The notes beneath the pieces were generated by a model that was not told the origin of the DNA, searched no databases, and saw nothing but the letters and a program-made list of their open reading frames with translations. Position numbers and translations under genes: made by a program. From the human T2T-CHM13v2.0 reference genome, Homo sapiens: a DNA stretch of 64,000 bases. This document shows, one piece after another, positions 12,802-24,565 of the stretch. The stretch lies in the NCBI GenBank assembly GCA_009914755.4, contig CP086569.2, forward strand, positions 19,520,001 through 19,584,000, given 5' to 3'. Every line of letters begins with the position of its first letter. Position 1 is the first letter of the stretch.

Positions 12802-12819
12802 GCACTGTGTTGTGTGCCA
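12802..12819 (-). promoter_or_regulatory. Provirus 1 primer-binding site (tRNA-Lys-like, degenerate)
   Basis: rc TGGCACACAACACAGTGC lies immediately after the 5' LTR end. Compare TGGCACCTAACACGGGGC in provirus 2 and the canonical HERV-K TGGCGCCCAACGTGGGGC. Confidence 0.7.
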
Positions 12820-13423
12820 CATGGGGAAACCATCCCCTCACCACCCAGTGGGTCCCCTGAGTCCCGTGCAGACAAAGGAGTTAGAAAGAGATAGAATCAG
12901 TGTTTAAAAGGTGGGTTAAGGGAACTGCAGTGTCAAAGGCTTGTTCATGGCCCAGAGTTCTTAGGCTCCACCCAATTTGTTGGTTTACAAGCTCTTTGTT
13001 CTTATGTCAGATGGGAGGGGGGAGGAAGGGATGAAGAAAAGGATTAATCAATGAAGGAGAAGTCATGAGTCATTCAATAAGATGTGTAGCAGTGGCAGTT
13101 TCTGTGAATTTTCTTGAGTAAAGGTGTGTGTTTAAACTACTTAAGATATTTAACATATTGGGACTGAAGCAGGTGGGAGCAGGTTTCAGGAGGAGCCAAG
13201 ACGTTTGATTACACTCCACTCTTTCCAGGGAGTGTTATCTCCCCGAGGAACCTGTAGAATGCCACTGAGTGGATATGCTCTCTGAGTGGTTACGCTCTCA
13301 GGGCATAAAGACATGAAGGCAATAAGGAGACTTTTCTCCTCAGAGGCCACTCATGGCTCGCCATGGGTGTCTCACACAGGGGAGACAAACTCAACTGGCA
13401 ACCCAGATACACTTTTTCTCACA
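12820..13423 (-). repeat. Provirus 1 5' LTR
   Basis: rc starts TGTGAGAAAAAGTGTATCTGG. It is about 85-88% identical to 8981-9567 and has a small internal tandem duplication (ctgagtggatatgctctctgagtggttacgctctc). Confidence 0.85.
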
Positions 13424-13474
13424 GAAGACAAACAAAAATGTCACTCTTGTTAACAATAACAAGGTAAAGCTTAC

Positions 13475-13607
13475 ATTTTGACACATTTCTGCCTGAACTT
13501 GCTCTTTTATTTCTCTCTCATATTCATTTAGCTTTATTTCTAAAGACTCACCCTTGATATGCTGAGAGTAAGCATCTGCAAACTGATCATCAATAAGCTG
13601 AAACTTC
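13475..13607 (-). pseudogene. OFD1: OFD1-like exon (pseudogene fragment), homologous to [43 protein letters not shown]
   Basis: The minus translation reads [44 protein letters not shown], followed by GTAAGC. It lies 52 bp upstream, in the gene's own orientation, of the provirus 1 5' LTR. Confidence 0.85.
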
Positions 13608-15654
13608 CCAGGTATTAAAAAATAACATGTCAAAAGAGGACATAGAAGCATGGTCAGGTGTGTAAGAGGCCAGTTTTCTTTTTCAAAGGTAAAGAGTATA
13701 CTTAGGGGAAAGCATGGGTGTCTGCGATTTACTTCAAAATACACAAAAAAAGAAAGATGGATGTGTGGATAAACAGATAAAAGTAATGAAGCATATATAA
13801 TGCCAATGTAATAATGGAATTTAGGTGGGAGGTTTATAAGTGTTTGATAGAATTCTTTCTACTTTTCTATATGTTTCAAAATGTTCATCATAAAATGTTG
13901 GAGGAAATAGAAATTGAAGAGTACAGTTAAAGTCAGAAAATACTGCTGTCTCTTCCTATTAACTAAATGCTAAGGAAGAGAGCTCTTTATCGGACTTTTG
14001 TTAAAATTGACTTCAGATTCAAAACAATAACTGTAAAGGAATCAAAGGTCATGTTACTTCAATGCCTCCACTTTGCAGATAAAGAACACATACCAATATA
14101 GCTGAAAAAGTGATTAAATAACAGCATAGCCAGGACTAAAATGAGACCGACTGACTCTTTCTTCCATTAGTCAAGTGGGCCTCAAACCAACTATGGACTA
14201 AAATCAACCACACAGCAGAGTGCAAATCTGAACCCAGGGTACAATCTTGAGCATGTGTAACACACCAAAAAAGTATGCCCAGTGGGAAAAAGGCTGGCAG
14301 AAGTAGACGATAACATTGATAGTGTTTGTCCCTGGTAGGCATGACTTTAGACATGTTTTTTCATCTACTTTTCTGTATTTTTCAAATGCTGTCCTACACA
14401 AGACCCTCCAGCCACATACAGCCATTGACACTGGAAAGGCGACCAGTCTGAACTGAGATGTGCCTTAAATGTAAAAAACACATGAGATTTCAAAACTTAG
14501 TGCAAAAACAAAGCAAAAAGAAAGTGAAATATCTCATTCATATTTTTATATTGAACACATGTTGAAATCATATTTTGGATGTATTGGATTAAATATATTG
14601 TTAAAGCTAATTTTATCTATTTCTTTTTACTGTTTTCAATGTGGCTACTAGAAAACTGAACATTATGTATGTGGCTCACCTATTGGACAGCACTGCTTGA
14701 TAATTATCAAGTAAAATGTTTCTAATGGAATTAAACCTACACTTAATTAAAGGCATAGTCAGATAATACAAATTTTGAATTTATCTTCTAACATGTTATT
14801 GTTACTATTTAAGAATAAGGAAGGCCCAAAAATCCATTAAGCACATCATTTTAAACAGCTGTCTCCCATCTCTACTGAGTGCAAAACTGAAGGGCAAGAT
14901 GGTATTGTCGACCCGCTGCGTAGTACACAAAATCTAGATCATGGATGGGAGAATTCGGACATCACTAGCTGCTCTGAGGCAGATTGAACGTTTTCAATTT
15001 GCCCTCCCTCTGAGGACCTCGATTTCCTCCACTGTAAATTGAAGCGATGAGCCAATTACTTCTCTAGTTCTCTGCAAAACAAATAGTCCATAATCTTCTA
15101 CCTTGGTTGCTGTAAACTTAAGACAAGACACGAGGAAGGACCTCCCAGTTAAGAGAGGTAAAACTCAACAAACAGGGAAGATTTTGGGCCTTTGAATCCT
15201 TGCATGCTTTGGCCAATGTAGCCCTGGCATGCATGAGGCCAGGAAATGACATTGGAGAGCACTTGCTGGGCCCCCAGGATGATTCCAGAAAAAGTAAATT
15301 CCCCTTTTCCCTGCAGGCTGCATCCCTCTTGTTCAAGAAGCAACCACACAACTTGGTAAATCAGGTAGCTTCCTTCATTCAAAATGGAAACAACAGAATT
15401 GAAATTAAGAAAGAAGACTGTAATTACCTAGAGAATCTCTGATAAATGGCAAAGTTGTCTGTGTTTCCATGTTACAACTCTTTTTAGCTTGATGATATTC
15501 TGCTAATTATTTTAATAAATGCATACAAAAACCTAAAAAAAAATGCATTCAGTTTTTTTTCCTCAGAGCTTTCAGCCACTGCTCAGACACTGTTTACACA
15601 ATCTTCGTTTTATGACAGTATCATTTTATACATCGTGTATGTTTCTTTTTTGTA

Positions 15655-15950
15655 GAGACAGAATCTTGCTCTGTCACAAATGCTGGAGTGCAGCGGTGTA
15701 ATCATGGCTCGCTACAGCCTCGAACTCCTGAGCTCAAGCAGTCCTCGCACTTTAGCCTCCCAAGTAACTGTGACTAGAGGCAACTACCACCACCTGCCAC
15801 GTAAAGCTAATTTTAATTTTTTGTGCAGACAGGGTCTTCCTATGTTGCGCAGGCTGCTCTCAAACCCATGACCTCAAGCGATCCTACTGCCTGGGCCTCG
15901 TAAAGTGCTGAGATCACAAGCATGAGCCACTGTGCCCAGTCACAGCTTCT
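15655..15950 (-). mobile_element. Alu element, antisense (duplicate-copy counterpart of 905-1203)
   Basis: Same Alu at the colinear position. Confidence 0.85.
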
Positions 15951-16091
15951 AAGAATAAATCTGAGGAAAGACCTTTCCAAGCATGCTACAAAATGTGGCA
16001 TAAATAATGATAAATATTTATGAATTTAATGACTTAAAACTTGAAAAATTTACATATGATATAAAATAAACAAAGCACACTGCAATAATAT

Positions 16092-16760
16092 GGAGTCATA
16101 AGTGTATAGGAGTTATTAAGAAATCATTTTAAGCAGATAGAGAAAACCTGGTGTCCTTGGAACGTTTTTGTCTCATTTAAAGCAGCTCCAGAAAAGTTTC
16201 CTGTCTAGCCGGAAAGGCCTGGCTCTTGGAGTCGGGCAGGCAAATTTTGATATGCAAATGTCCGCCGTCAGAAACTGAGTCCACCCAAACATGGCTTCCT
16301 GCTCTCTTCTCCTTGACCTTGCCCCCACAAATGCCTGGCCACATGGCCTCCCCCACATATCCCCAGGTATGCAGAACATCCTGGTACCCTGCATCTGCAT
16401 TCTAAAAGTCTGGGCGGAGCGGGGGGAGGGCCAGTATTTTAGGGGCTACATGAGTGAGGAGACTGGTCAAACCAATCCCCTGAGCCTATAGAAATCAGGC
16501 ACCACCTCCTCCAGCCTCCTTATGCAGCTGGCTGGTTTCTGCCTCACTTAGGCTTTCCTTTCTCGGGTTTGGAGCCCCTCCTTCCCTCTCTCTTTGTACA
16601 GAGAGGCTTCTTCCTTCTTTCTTCTTCCTTCTTTCTGCCTATTAAATGCTCTGCTCCTTAAAACCACTTCACGTGTGTCTGTGTTATTCTACCCAATTAG
16701 CAGGATACAAAAGCCCTAGTGTTTCTCCACTCGTCAGAGCTGAGTCATTTTGGTGCATTG
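16092..16760. repeat. LTR-like repeat of about 630 bp, copy B
   Basis: Homologous to 1340-1972 and 23932-24565. Confidence 0.6.
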
Positions 16761-18020
16761 CATGGGAATCCAAGGTACAGTCTTCCTCAGAGTGGTGAGT
16801 ATGGAAGCAAGCTTAAAACCTGTTCTATCACTCTGAGGTGCAGTTAGCCTCTATATTAAAATAAATCCAATAAATCAATGGAAATCCATCAGCCTAGTAC
16901 CTACTGTTAGCGTTAACTGCCGTAATAAAAACATGGATGTGAGGCTAGCTGGGGAGAACATGGAGAACACCACATTACAAATGGGTATTGAATTTCTGAC
17001 CGGGGCACATGCTGGCATGATTCAGAGGCCAATGACCTGGACGCAGCCTCCGACAGCCCATTTAGGGTGTTTGCAGAGAATCCTTAACTATCCTTTTGCA
17101 AAACTCTTCTTCTCCATCTCCAGCCTCTTAATCCTTCTCTGCATGAAATGGGCAGGGATTGTTACAGTCTAGGAACAGAGTTTTCCCCTTTTCCTCTGTG
17201 GTGAGTTTACTTGTTGCCACTTCTCTGGTGAGCACATAGCATTTCTCAGCCAACACCACCACCTAGTGAAAATGGAAATCCTCTAAGAAGCACACTTTGT
17301 TCCTGTTTTTTTCAGTGCAAGTCCAAAGCTTTCTTTCACACTGTTAGAAATCAGGCTCTAGGCCTCTTCTGAGATCGACAGTTTCTGCCTTTAGCAATTA
17401 GGAGTAAGATGTTTTCTGTAGACAAATTTTAGCCTCCATAGTGTCCCACTGGCAGGAAAATAATCCTCCATTTGGTTCCTATGTTCCTTTAAAGCTTCTA
17501 TTATCTCTCCTATTAAGACGGTATTTAATTAGTAAGAGGACTTTAAGTCCAGAAGTTAATGGGAACCATTTCACTATGGGTACATGCTTTACTACTGGCC
17601 ACAATGGCAGAACATAGAGTTCAATCTAGCAGACACTTCTCTTAAAGGGGTCTTGCCTAATTGCATTGTTTTTCCTGAAATCCATTTTTTAAGAAAGGCA
17701 TGCAGGCAACACAAGTCTAAGAAATAAAAGGAAAATAAAGGAAAGAGGAATAAGACTGCTTGTGGAAGGCAATACCATTACCCAAAAGTTTAGTTTCTCT
17801 GGTAACATGGCTTAAAATGTCATGACTGCAGTCATGGGTGTCACATTTAAATGGGAGCTGAATTTCAGGAGCAAAGAAAAACTACAGTTACAGAACACCC
17901 CCTAATGTACTAATCTCCTTTCGGAATCACATACTGAAAGGAAGGAGAGTAAAAAGGTGCTTTTATTCTTACCTCTCTTTCTAGATTGGTAACAGATAGT
18001 CTTTAACATCCATTCCCTTG

Positions 18021-18130
18021 GAATATATATATATATATATATATATACATATTCGTATATGCATATATGTATATATGTATATATACGTATACACACACAC
18101 ACACACCACACACACACACACACATATGTA
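18021..18130. repeat. Compound microsatellite (TA)n / (CA)n
   Basis: Visible directly. Confidence 0.95.
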
Positions 18131-18159
18131 TATTTATTTATATGCCTGTGTGTGAGACA

Positions 18160-18435
18160 GAATCTTACTCTGTCACCCATGCTGGAGTGCATTGGTGAGG
18201 TCTTGGCTCACTGGAAACTCTGCCTCTTGGGGTCAAGGGATTCTTGTGCCTCAGCCTCATGAGCAGCTGGAACTACTGGCACGCACCAACACACCTGGCT
18301 AGTTTTAGTATTTTTAGTAGCGATGCGGTTTCACCATGTTGGTCAGCCTAGTCTCAAACTCCTGACCTCATAATCTGCACGCCACAGCCTCCCAGAGTGC
18401 TGGGATTACAGGCGTGAACCACCGCACCTGGCTGA
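18160..18435 (-). mobile_element. Alu element, antisense (counterpart of 3392-3665)
   Basis: Colinear duplicate. Confidence 0.85.
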
Positions 18436-20193
18436 GTGTATTTTAAAGTGCTTGGATTCCTTCAACCCTGAAACTTTGAAGAAATAGTTTATTTACTTTT
18501 GCACAATGGCATGGCCTTCTTACTACAGCTTTGTAAGTGTTGCAGAATAACCCAGCGCATTTAGCAATCCTATCAGGCAGTCCCAAAGAGAAAAATTACC
18601 CAAAATTAGAGAAGCAAGTTTCAGGGGAACCATCTGAGGATTCCCTTATTTGGGGCCCCTTCAAGTTCTCTCTTCTCATTGGAGGAACTTTGGAAAATAA
18701 AGGGAGGTCATGCCAAATTTCTGATGATCCTGATAGACACATAGGCGCTTTCCAAAATTTAACTTAGGTATTTCATCTCTTTTGAAGGAATGTTTTTCTG
18801 CTCCTAAGCCAAAGTCTAACTTCAGCTAAAAGAGGCAGCTCTGCAAGCAAAAGAAAATTGTGGAGATGAGCAACATGTCTTCTATAGTAGGCTAAAAGGG
18901 AAAAGAGAAACTTTCCCTAGGTAAAGAAATAGGGGAAATACCATTCCCTATAGGAAAAGGGGCAATACCTCTTGAAAATTTTAACTGGAACTTCTTTCTA
19001 TAGTGTTTTTCATTTTTTTTTTTTTTGTGATTTAATATGGCTTCTATATCTTTCATACTGTTCATCCAATCTTGGAAAAGTTAATTTCCAAACCTTAAAA
19101 TGCTTGGCTTAGAGTTGAGCTAGAAGAAAGGAAATGTAGAAGCCTGATATGCTGGCAAAAGGGTAAAAATTTCTTACCAGTTGGTCTTTGGCTTCTCTCT
19201 CCCTTAGTAAATGGGTAAAAAAGAAAATAAGGATTATTGTTTATATTCTAGGTAAATTTATAAATAACGAAAAAAGATTTATGAGGTTGATCTTAAGTTG
19301 TAGACTATTTGTGTGCTTTGCATGTCCTTCTGTATCTTTCTGTCAACAAAAGGGTATCTTAAGTCAGGGTGAAGGCCCAAGACCCCATAAGCCTTCTGTG
19401 CAAGCCAGAGCAACTAAATGGTCAGTAACAAACTGGGTTACAGTCCTACATCTTGTTCCATGTCCTTGGGAACATAACCTGTAACTATGTGGCAATAATT
19501 GGTTTTAGTCTCTGCCATTTTACAAAGGTGGCTTTCTTCTTCTGCTAAGTCAGTTCATGGGTGAGGGCCACAAAATCCGATAAGCCAGTTTTTCAATCTG
19601 GGTGGTCCCAGCTGATCCACCAAGGGCAGGGTTTATACAATATCTTAAGCACTGATCTTGAAAGCAGTTTAGGGAAGGTCAAAACCTTGTAGCCTCCACC
19701 TCCCTGACACCTAAGCCATGGCCCCTAACCTTGTGGTTAGCTTCTCATTCTGGGCTCCAGTCAAGAGGAAAGGATATCTTGGGAAGCAGCTGTTATCATC
19801 TTTGTTTTAGACTGTAGACTGTAAACCAGGCTCCTCCTAAAGTTGGCTCAGCCTAAGCCCAGGGATTGGCAAAGACAGCTTGAGGGCAACAAATGAAACA
19901 GATTTGTTTAGGTCAATGCTCTTTCACTGTCTCCATCAAAATTTTGCAATGAAAGATTCAAAAGCTGACTATTATTCCTCTGAAAATACCTTGGACACTA
20001 GCTTTTAAGTCATAACATGAGTTGGTTTTATCTATGAGATTATATTTTGTAAAGTTCAAAAGCCAAAATTCTTAACTGCTTGGCAGGGCTAAAGTCAAGT
20101 AATAAAAAATTTTTTAAAGAATTTTCTTAAAACGTGTTCAGGTTAATTAAAAGTAGGTGTTCTAGTTGTTGATATATTTAAAAAATTTTGGGG

Positions 20194-20492
20194 GGCCGGG
20201 CGCAGTGGCTCATGCCTGTAATCCCAGCACTTTGGGAGGCCGAGGTGGGCAAATCATGAGGTCAGGAGATCGAGACCATACTGGCTAACATGGTGAAATC
20301 CTGTCTCTACTAAAAATACAAAAAATTAGCTGGGCGTGGTGGCAGGTGCCTGTAGTCCCAGCTACTCAGGAGGTTGTGGCAGGAGAATGGTGTGAACCCA
20401 GGAGGCGGGGCTTGCAGTGGGTCGAGATATCACCACTGCACTCCAGCCTGGGCAAAACAGTGAGAATCTGTTTAAAAAAAAAAAAAAAAAAA
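20194..20492 (+). mobile_element. Alu element (AluS/Y-like), sense, with an A19 tail. It is absent from duplicate copy 1
   Basis: Starts GGCCGGGCGCAGTGGCTCATGCCTGTAATCCCAGCACTTTGGGAGGCCGAGGTGGGCAAATCATGAGGTCAGGAGATCGAGACCAT and ends ...ACTGCACTCCAGCCTGGGCAAAACAGTGAGAATCTGTTT(A)n. Copy 1 at about 5405-5430 has the empty site. Confidence 0.9.
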
Positions 20493-23400
20493 TTGAAAAA
20501 AAAGGCTCTTTTGTTCTCAGTCGACTGAATTATTTTTCTCCATCATTTTCTGTCTTACCACTCTTATTGCATGCCTGAAAGGTCCTAATAAGGTACCTTC
20601 TGATAGCATAAGACTCCTGGGGAAAAACAGAGTAGGTACCAAAATCCCCATATGGGGAAACACACACACACACACAGATAGCAAAACAAAACACCCATGT
20701 TTTCCTCATGAAACCCCCAAAATTGAAAGCAGATAGTTTCCTCTGAAAAGCAAAGCCTCTGTATTCTTATGTATTGTGTTATTTACCCTTTGTGGCTCTT
20801 GCTGATATCAAGTTACTTCACATTATGGGAGAGCTTTGGTGTGTAATAACTAGGTAGAAAATGCACTGTATGAAATGGCTAGTAGTAGTTATAAATTAGT
20901 GAAGCATGCTCTTGTCTGCCTAAAACATAGAGAAACATCCTGACCCCCCACTCCTCCACGAAGAAAAAGAGTACCAAGGGGGATGGGCTAATTGCCTTCA
21001 GCTGCATCTACTTACTAGACCCTAAAAATGTATGCTAATGACACTGTTTCTCCAAGGGCTACAACTTGAAACCAATAATCCAATTAAGAAACTGGCACAC
21101 AAAATAACTCTGAATCTTCTGTTTGTGTTGTTATATATGTGGTGTGTGTAATATCTATAAAAACAAGCTCTAATTAATTGTCTTAAAGAGAAGTAAGCAC
21201 TTAAATCAAATTTTTTTTTTAGTTCCTGTGAGTTTAAGAAATGTAGTCTTAAGGATTATTGGGAAAATGTAAGTGTTGTGAGAATGAAAATAGGTCATCT
21301 GAATCATACAATTTGGACACCAGGTTTGCTAAACATTCCAAGGTTTTTTTCCTGCCTGCTTTACAGGTTTGTAAAACCTTGGATACATGGAGATAGAAGC
21401 TGAAAACTCACACTTTATCTGCACTTCTGTCTGGGTGCTAGGATCCACACCTTGTATATAGTAAAGTTGCTTATTAACCAGGGTTTTCACTGAAAAAGAA
21501 AGTTGCTAAATGTCAACAGTGAACATTAAATTCAAAAAGTTACTGTATTTTTTAAATAACTTGAGTACTGAAATAAAAGCACACCAAGGAGTTCTTAAGA
21601 AACTAATCTGCCCTTTGGTAAAAGCGTTTTAAAAGGTTTGTAAATATTTCACGTCATGGTCAAATTGGTTGAGATTAAGTGAAATGATCCATAAGGTTTT
21701 ATTTAATCAAATTGGGGTTGACATTAACAAATTAATACAAGGGTAAAATTTGGCTTTGAACAGGATCTCAGAGCCAAATGACGTGTCATGTAATAATAAA
21801 AACTAATAAAAATGGTTTTTGCCTTTTGAGCCATCCTTTCGGCAAAACAAGTAATTTATAGCAATCTGGATTGCTATTTCATAAAATCGAGTGTTCCAAA
21901 CCTCTAAAATGTAACAGGCATCCTAAAAGCATAATTCAAGTTTCAAAATTGTCCTTCCTAATGCCTGGCTTTCTGAGTCGTTTAGAGGGCTTCCAAAACA
22001 TTCAGAAAAGACATATACAGACACATTTAGTCACAAGAGATTGCCAAAATGATGTCCAATTTTCTTTAAGTTATAATTTGGTGAATAATACTAATAGATT
22101 TTCCAAAATTTTGTGGCATTTCTAAGTTCTAAGGTCTGAGTATATGCTCTCAATCATAATTAAGGGAAAAGTTCTTATAAACCATGGAGACAAATAAACT
22201 TCTCTCTCAGTCATAGTTTTAACTGTAACTATCCTGGAAATTTTGTCATTTGCAGACAATGGTCTTGTTTAGGGTTCCTTCTGAAAAGAGGGTTTTTAAT
22301 CATGCTATATTAAAGACTTTAATAGGTGTTCTCAAATGCAGGTTTTTAATAGTTTTGATGACTGTAACGTTGGGATAAAGACAGAATGTACGACACTCAT
22401 AAAGGTCTGACATGTTCACAAATATCAAGCGAAAGAAGAGTTAACTAACTGCACTGCGCTCAGAAAGTTAAAGCAGCATTTTTAACTTAGTTTGGAATAT
22501 TAATGATCCTTGTTTTGATTTTCAGAGTCAAGAAAACTTACTTTGAAGTATTTGCAGCCCTTGCAAATTCAGTAAGACATTCTCCTGTCAACAAAATTTG
22601 GACCATGTTTGTTTTAAACTGTAAGTACTCTTAACTTATGGCAAGACTGTTGTCTCCATGAGTGCAATAAGAATCATTTACTTTTTTAAAGAACACAGTT
22701 GGAAAAACTGGTTAATTGACCAAGGCATTGACCGAAAGAATGTGTTTCCTTTTAAGGAATCAAGCTTGGCACTCAGAGCTGATAAAAGCCCATTAGGGAG
22801 AACTGGCCTCATACCTTGTCAAGCCAGTCCCTGCACAGTGTTCCTCACCTGTGGTCAGTAAAGAATTGCACTTTCTACAAGACCTTGGAGCTCCAAATTT
22901 ATCTGGGACCTCAAGAACAGAGGATCACCCAACTTACCAAATTACAGGCATTTGAGAATAGGAACCATGGCTAGTCTCAGCTTTAAAAGTTTTATCTCAA
23001 ATTCTTTCCAGAGCAGAGTTTCATCAAAGCTAATCCAATAGGCTGATATAAAAAATAACCATTCTAGCTGCACTTAATGCAATTATCAGTCCAAGTATAA
23101 GACTAAAGTTTATTCTACAAAAAAGACACAGGGTTCTATAATTTGCCTTTTTTTAAACAAAAAATGAGGCCTGAAGAAATTGTGCTCCAAAGCTTATCAT
23201 ACACTTGTCATTAAATCTTAGTCCACTTAATAGATTGTAAGCCTTTTGTCTACCTTTTAGACTAAGCGTGCTTAATCCTGAGAGTCAAGTGGTAATCTCC
23301 TACAGCTTGGGAGGAAAAAAAAAAAAAGGATAGGTAGTGTAAATATCTGGATCTATTTCTGGGACATTATCCTGCAAATTCTGCCAGGTAATAAAATTGA

Positions 23401-23931
23401 GTGCAATGCCCATAACTCAGAGCTTTCTTTGTTTGGGAAAATAAAAGTAAATAACTTCATAGATCCCAAAAGGGAGATTCTGTATCTTAGATAAACACCT
23501 CTACTCAAGCAGAGAAAAATCTACGGGCAATTAAAAATCAAATTAAAATTATTGACAAGCTCAGGAAAAATGCAACTTTCAGCCCCTGGTAGCTACAGTC
23601 CCTCTTTAATGAATTCCAGTATTCTTTATAAAATTGGCTAATCCCTGTAATAAGCCCTCTCTTGCTTATATGTCTTGTGCTAATATTTGAATTTTGTATA
23701 CTCAAAACTGTAACTCAATTTTTTTTTCTCCTGTCGAAGCCATCAAACCTACATAGTGCTGCAAACTGAACCACACATGGACACACTGCTCTTCTGAGGA
23801 CCCCTAGGTGAACCCCAGAAGGAACCCTCCCTGCTGTTCCCCATTTGCTGTGCCCTTTTAGCATGAAGCATCCAGAAAGAGTCATCGCCCCAAACCCTCT
23901 AACATCAGTTAAGGTGACTTCTGCAGACGGG

Positions 23932-24565
23932 GAGAGATGGAATGTTAAAGGAGTTATTAAGAAATTATTTTAAGCAGATAGAGAAGAAAAGAGGCCCTTG
24001 GAAATTTTTTCTCTTTTAAAGCAGCTCCAGAAATGTTTCTTGTTTCACAGGAAAGCCCCAGATCTTAGATCCAGAAAGCAAACTTTGATATGCAAATGCT
24101 GGCCAGAAGAAAATGGGCCCACCCAAGCGTCGCAATTCCTGCCTTCTTCTCTTTAACCTTGCCTTCACATGTCCCTGGCAGCATGGCCACCCTCATACAT
24201 CCCCACATGTGTAGAATGGTGCCCTGCATTTTCATATTGAAAGGCTAGGGTGGGAGAGCCAGGTTTTTCAGAGGCTATGTGAGTGACATGCCTGGTCAAA
24301 CCATTCCCCTGAGACTAGGCAAATCAGACATCGTCTCCTCCAGCCTTCTCCTATAACTGGTTGATTTCCCCAGCACTTGCAGTTTCCTCAGTCAGCTTTG
24401 GAGTCCCTCTCCCTTTGTCTCAGTACAAGGGAGCTTCTTCCTTCTTTATTGTCTATTATGCTCTCTTCCTTAAAACTCCACGTGTGTTCATGTCATTTTT
24501 TCCAATTCGCATGAGACAAAAGCCATGGTGTTCCTCCATTCTTCAGAGCCATATCATAATCAATA
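23932..24565. repeat. LTR-like repeat of about 630 bp, copy C (more diverged, solo)
   Basis: Alignable to 1340-1972 (...ttattaagaaatcattttaagcagatagag...aaagcagctccagaaa...gatatgcaaatg...). Confidence 0.55.

Larger units (their letters stand above)
8981..13423 (-). mobile_element. HERV-K/HML-type betaretrovirus-like provirus 1, internally deleted: LTR-gag-[pro/pol deleted]-env-LTR
   Basis: Two LTRs are homologous to each other and to the LTRs at 52938/58257. Gag MA/CA and env SU/TM homology is present on the minus strand. It has a Lys-type PBS and a PPT. The flanking 6-bp direct repeat is gaaggc/gaagac. Confidence 0.9.
14767..22190. repeat. Segmental duplication, copy 2. It carries a copy-specific Alu insertion at 20194-20492
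   Basis: Colinear with 1-7110. Homology is lost after about 22190 in copy 2 and about 7110 in copy 1. Confidence 0.85.

Noticed and set aside
17902-18262. ORFs full of C/V/Y/I/H repeats
   Set aside because: Translation of (CA)n/(TA)n microsatellite
22480-22590. Mini-exon-like segment (ttgattttcag|AGTCAAGAAAACTTACTTTGAAGTATTTGCAGCCCTTGCAAATTCAG|gtaaga) with strong acceptor and donor consensus
   Set aside because: The 47-nt sequence has no recognisable homology to OFD1, TRAPPC2, RAB9A or anything else I know. Isolated splice-site-like pairs occur by chance. It could be tested against EST/RNA-seq but I cannot support it from sequence
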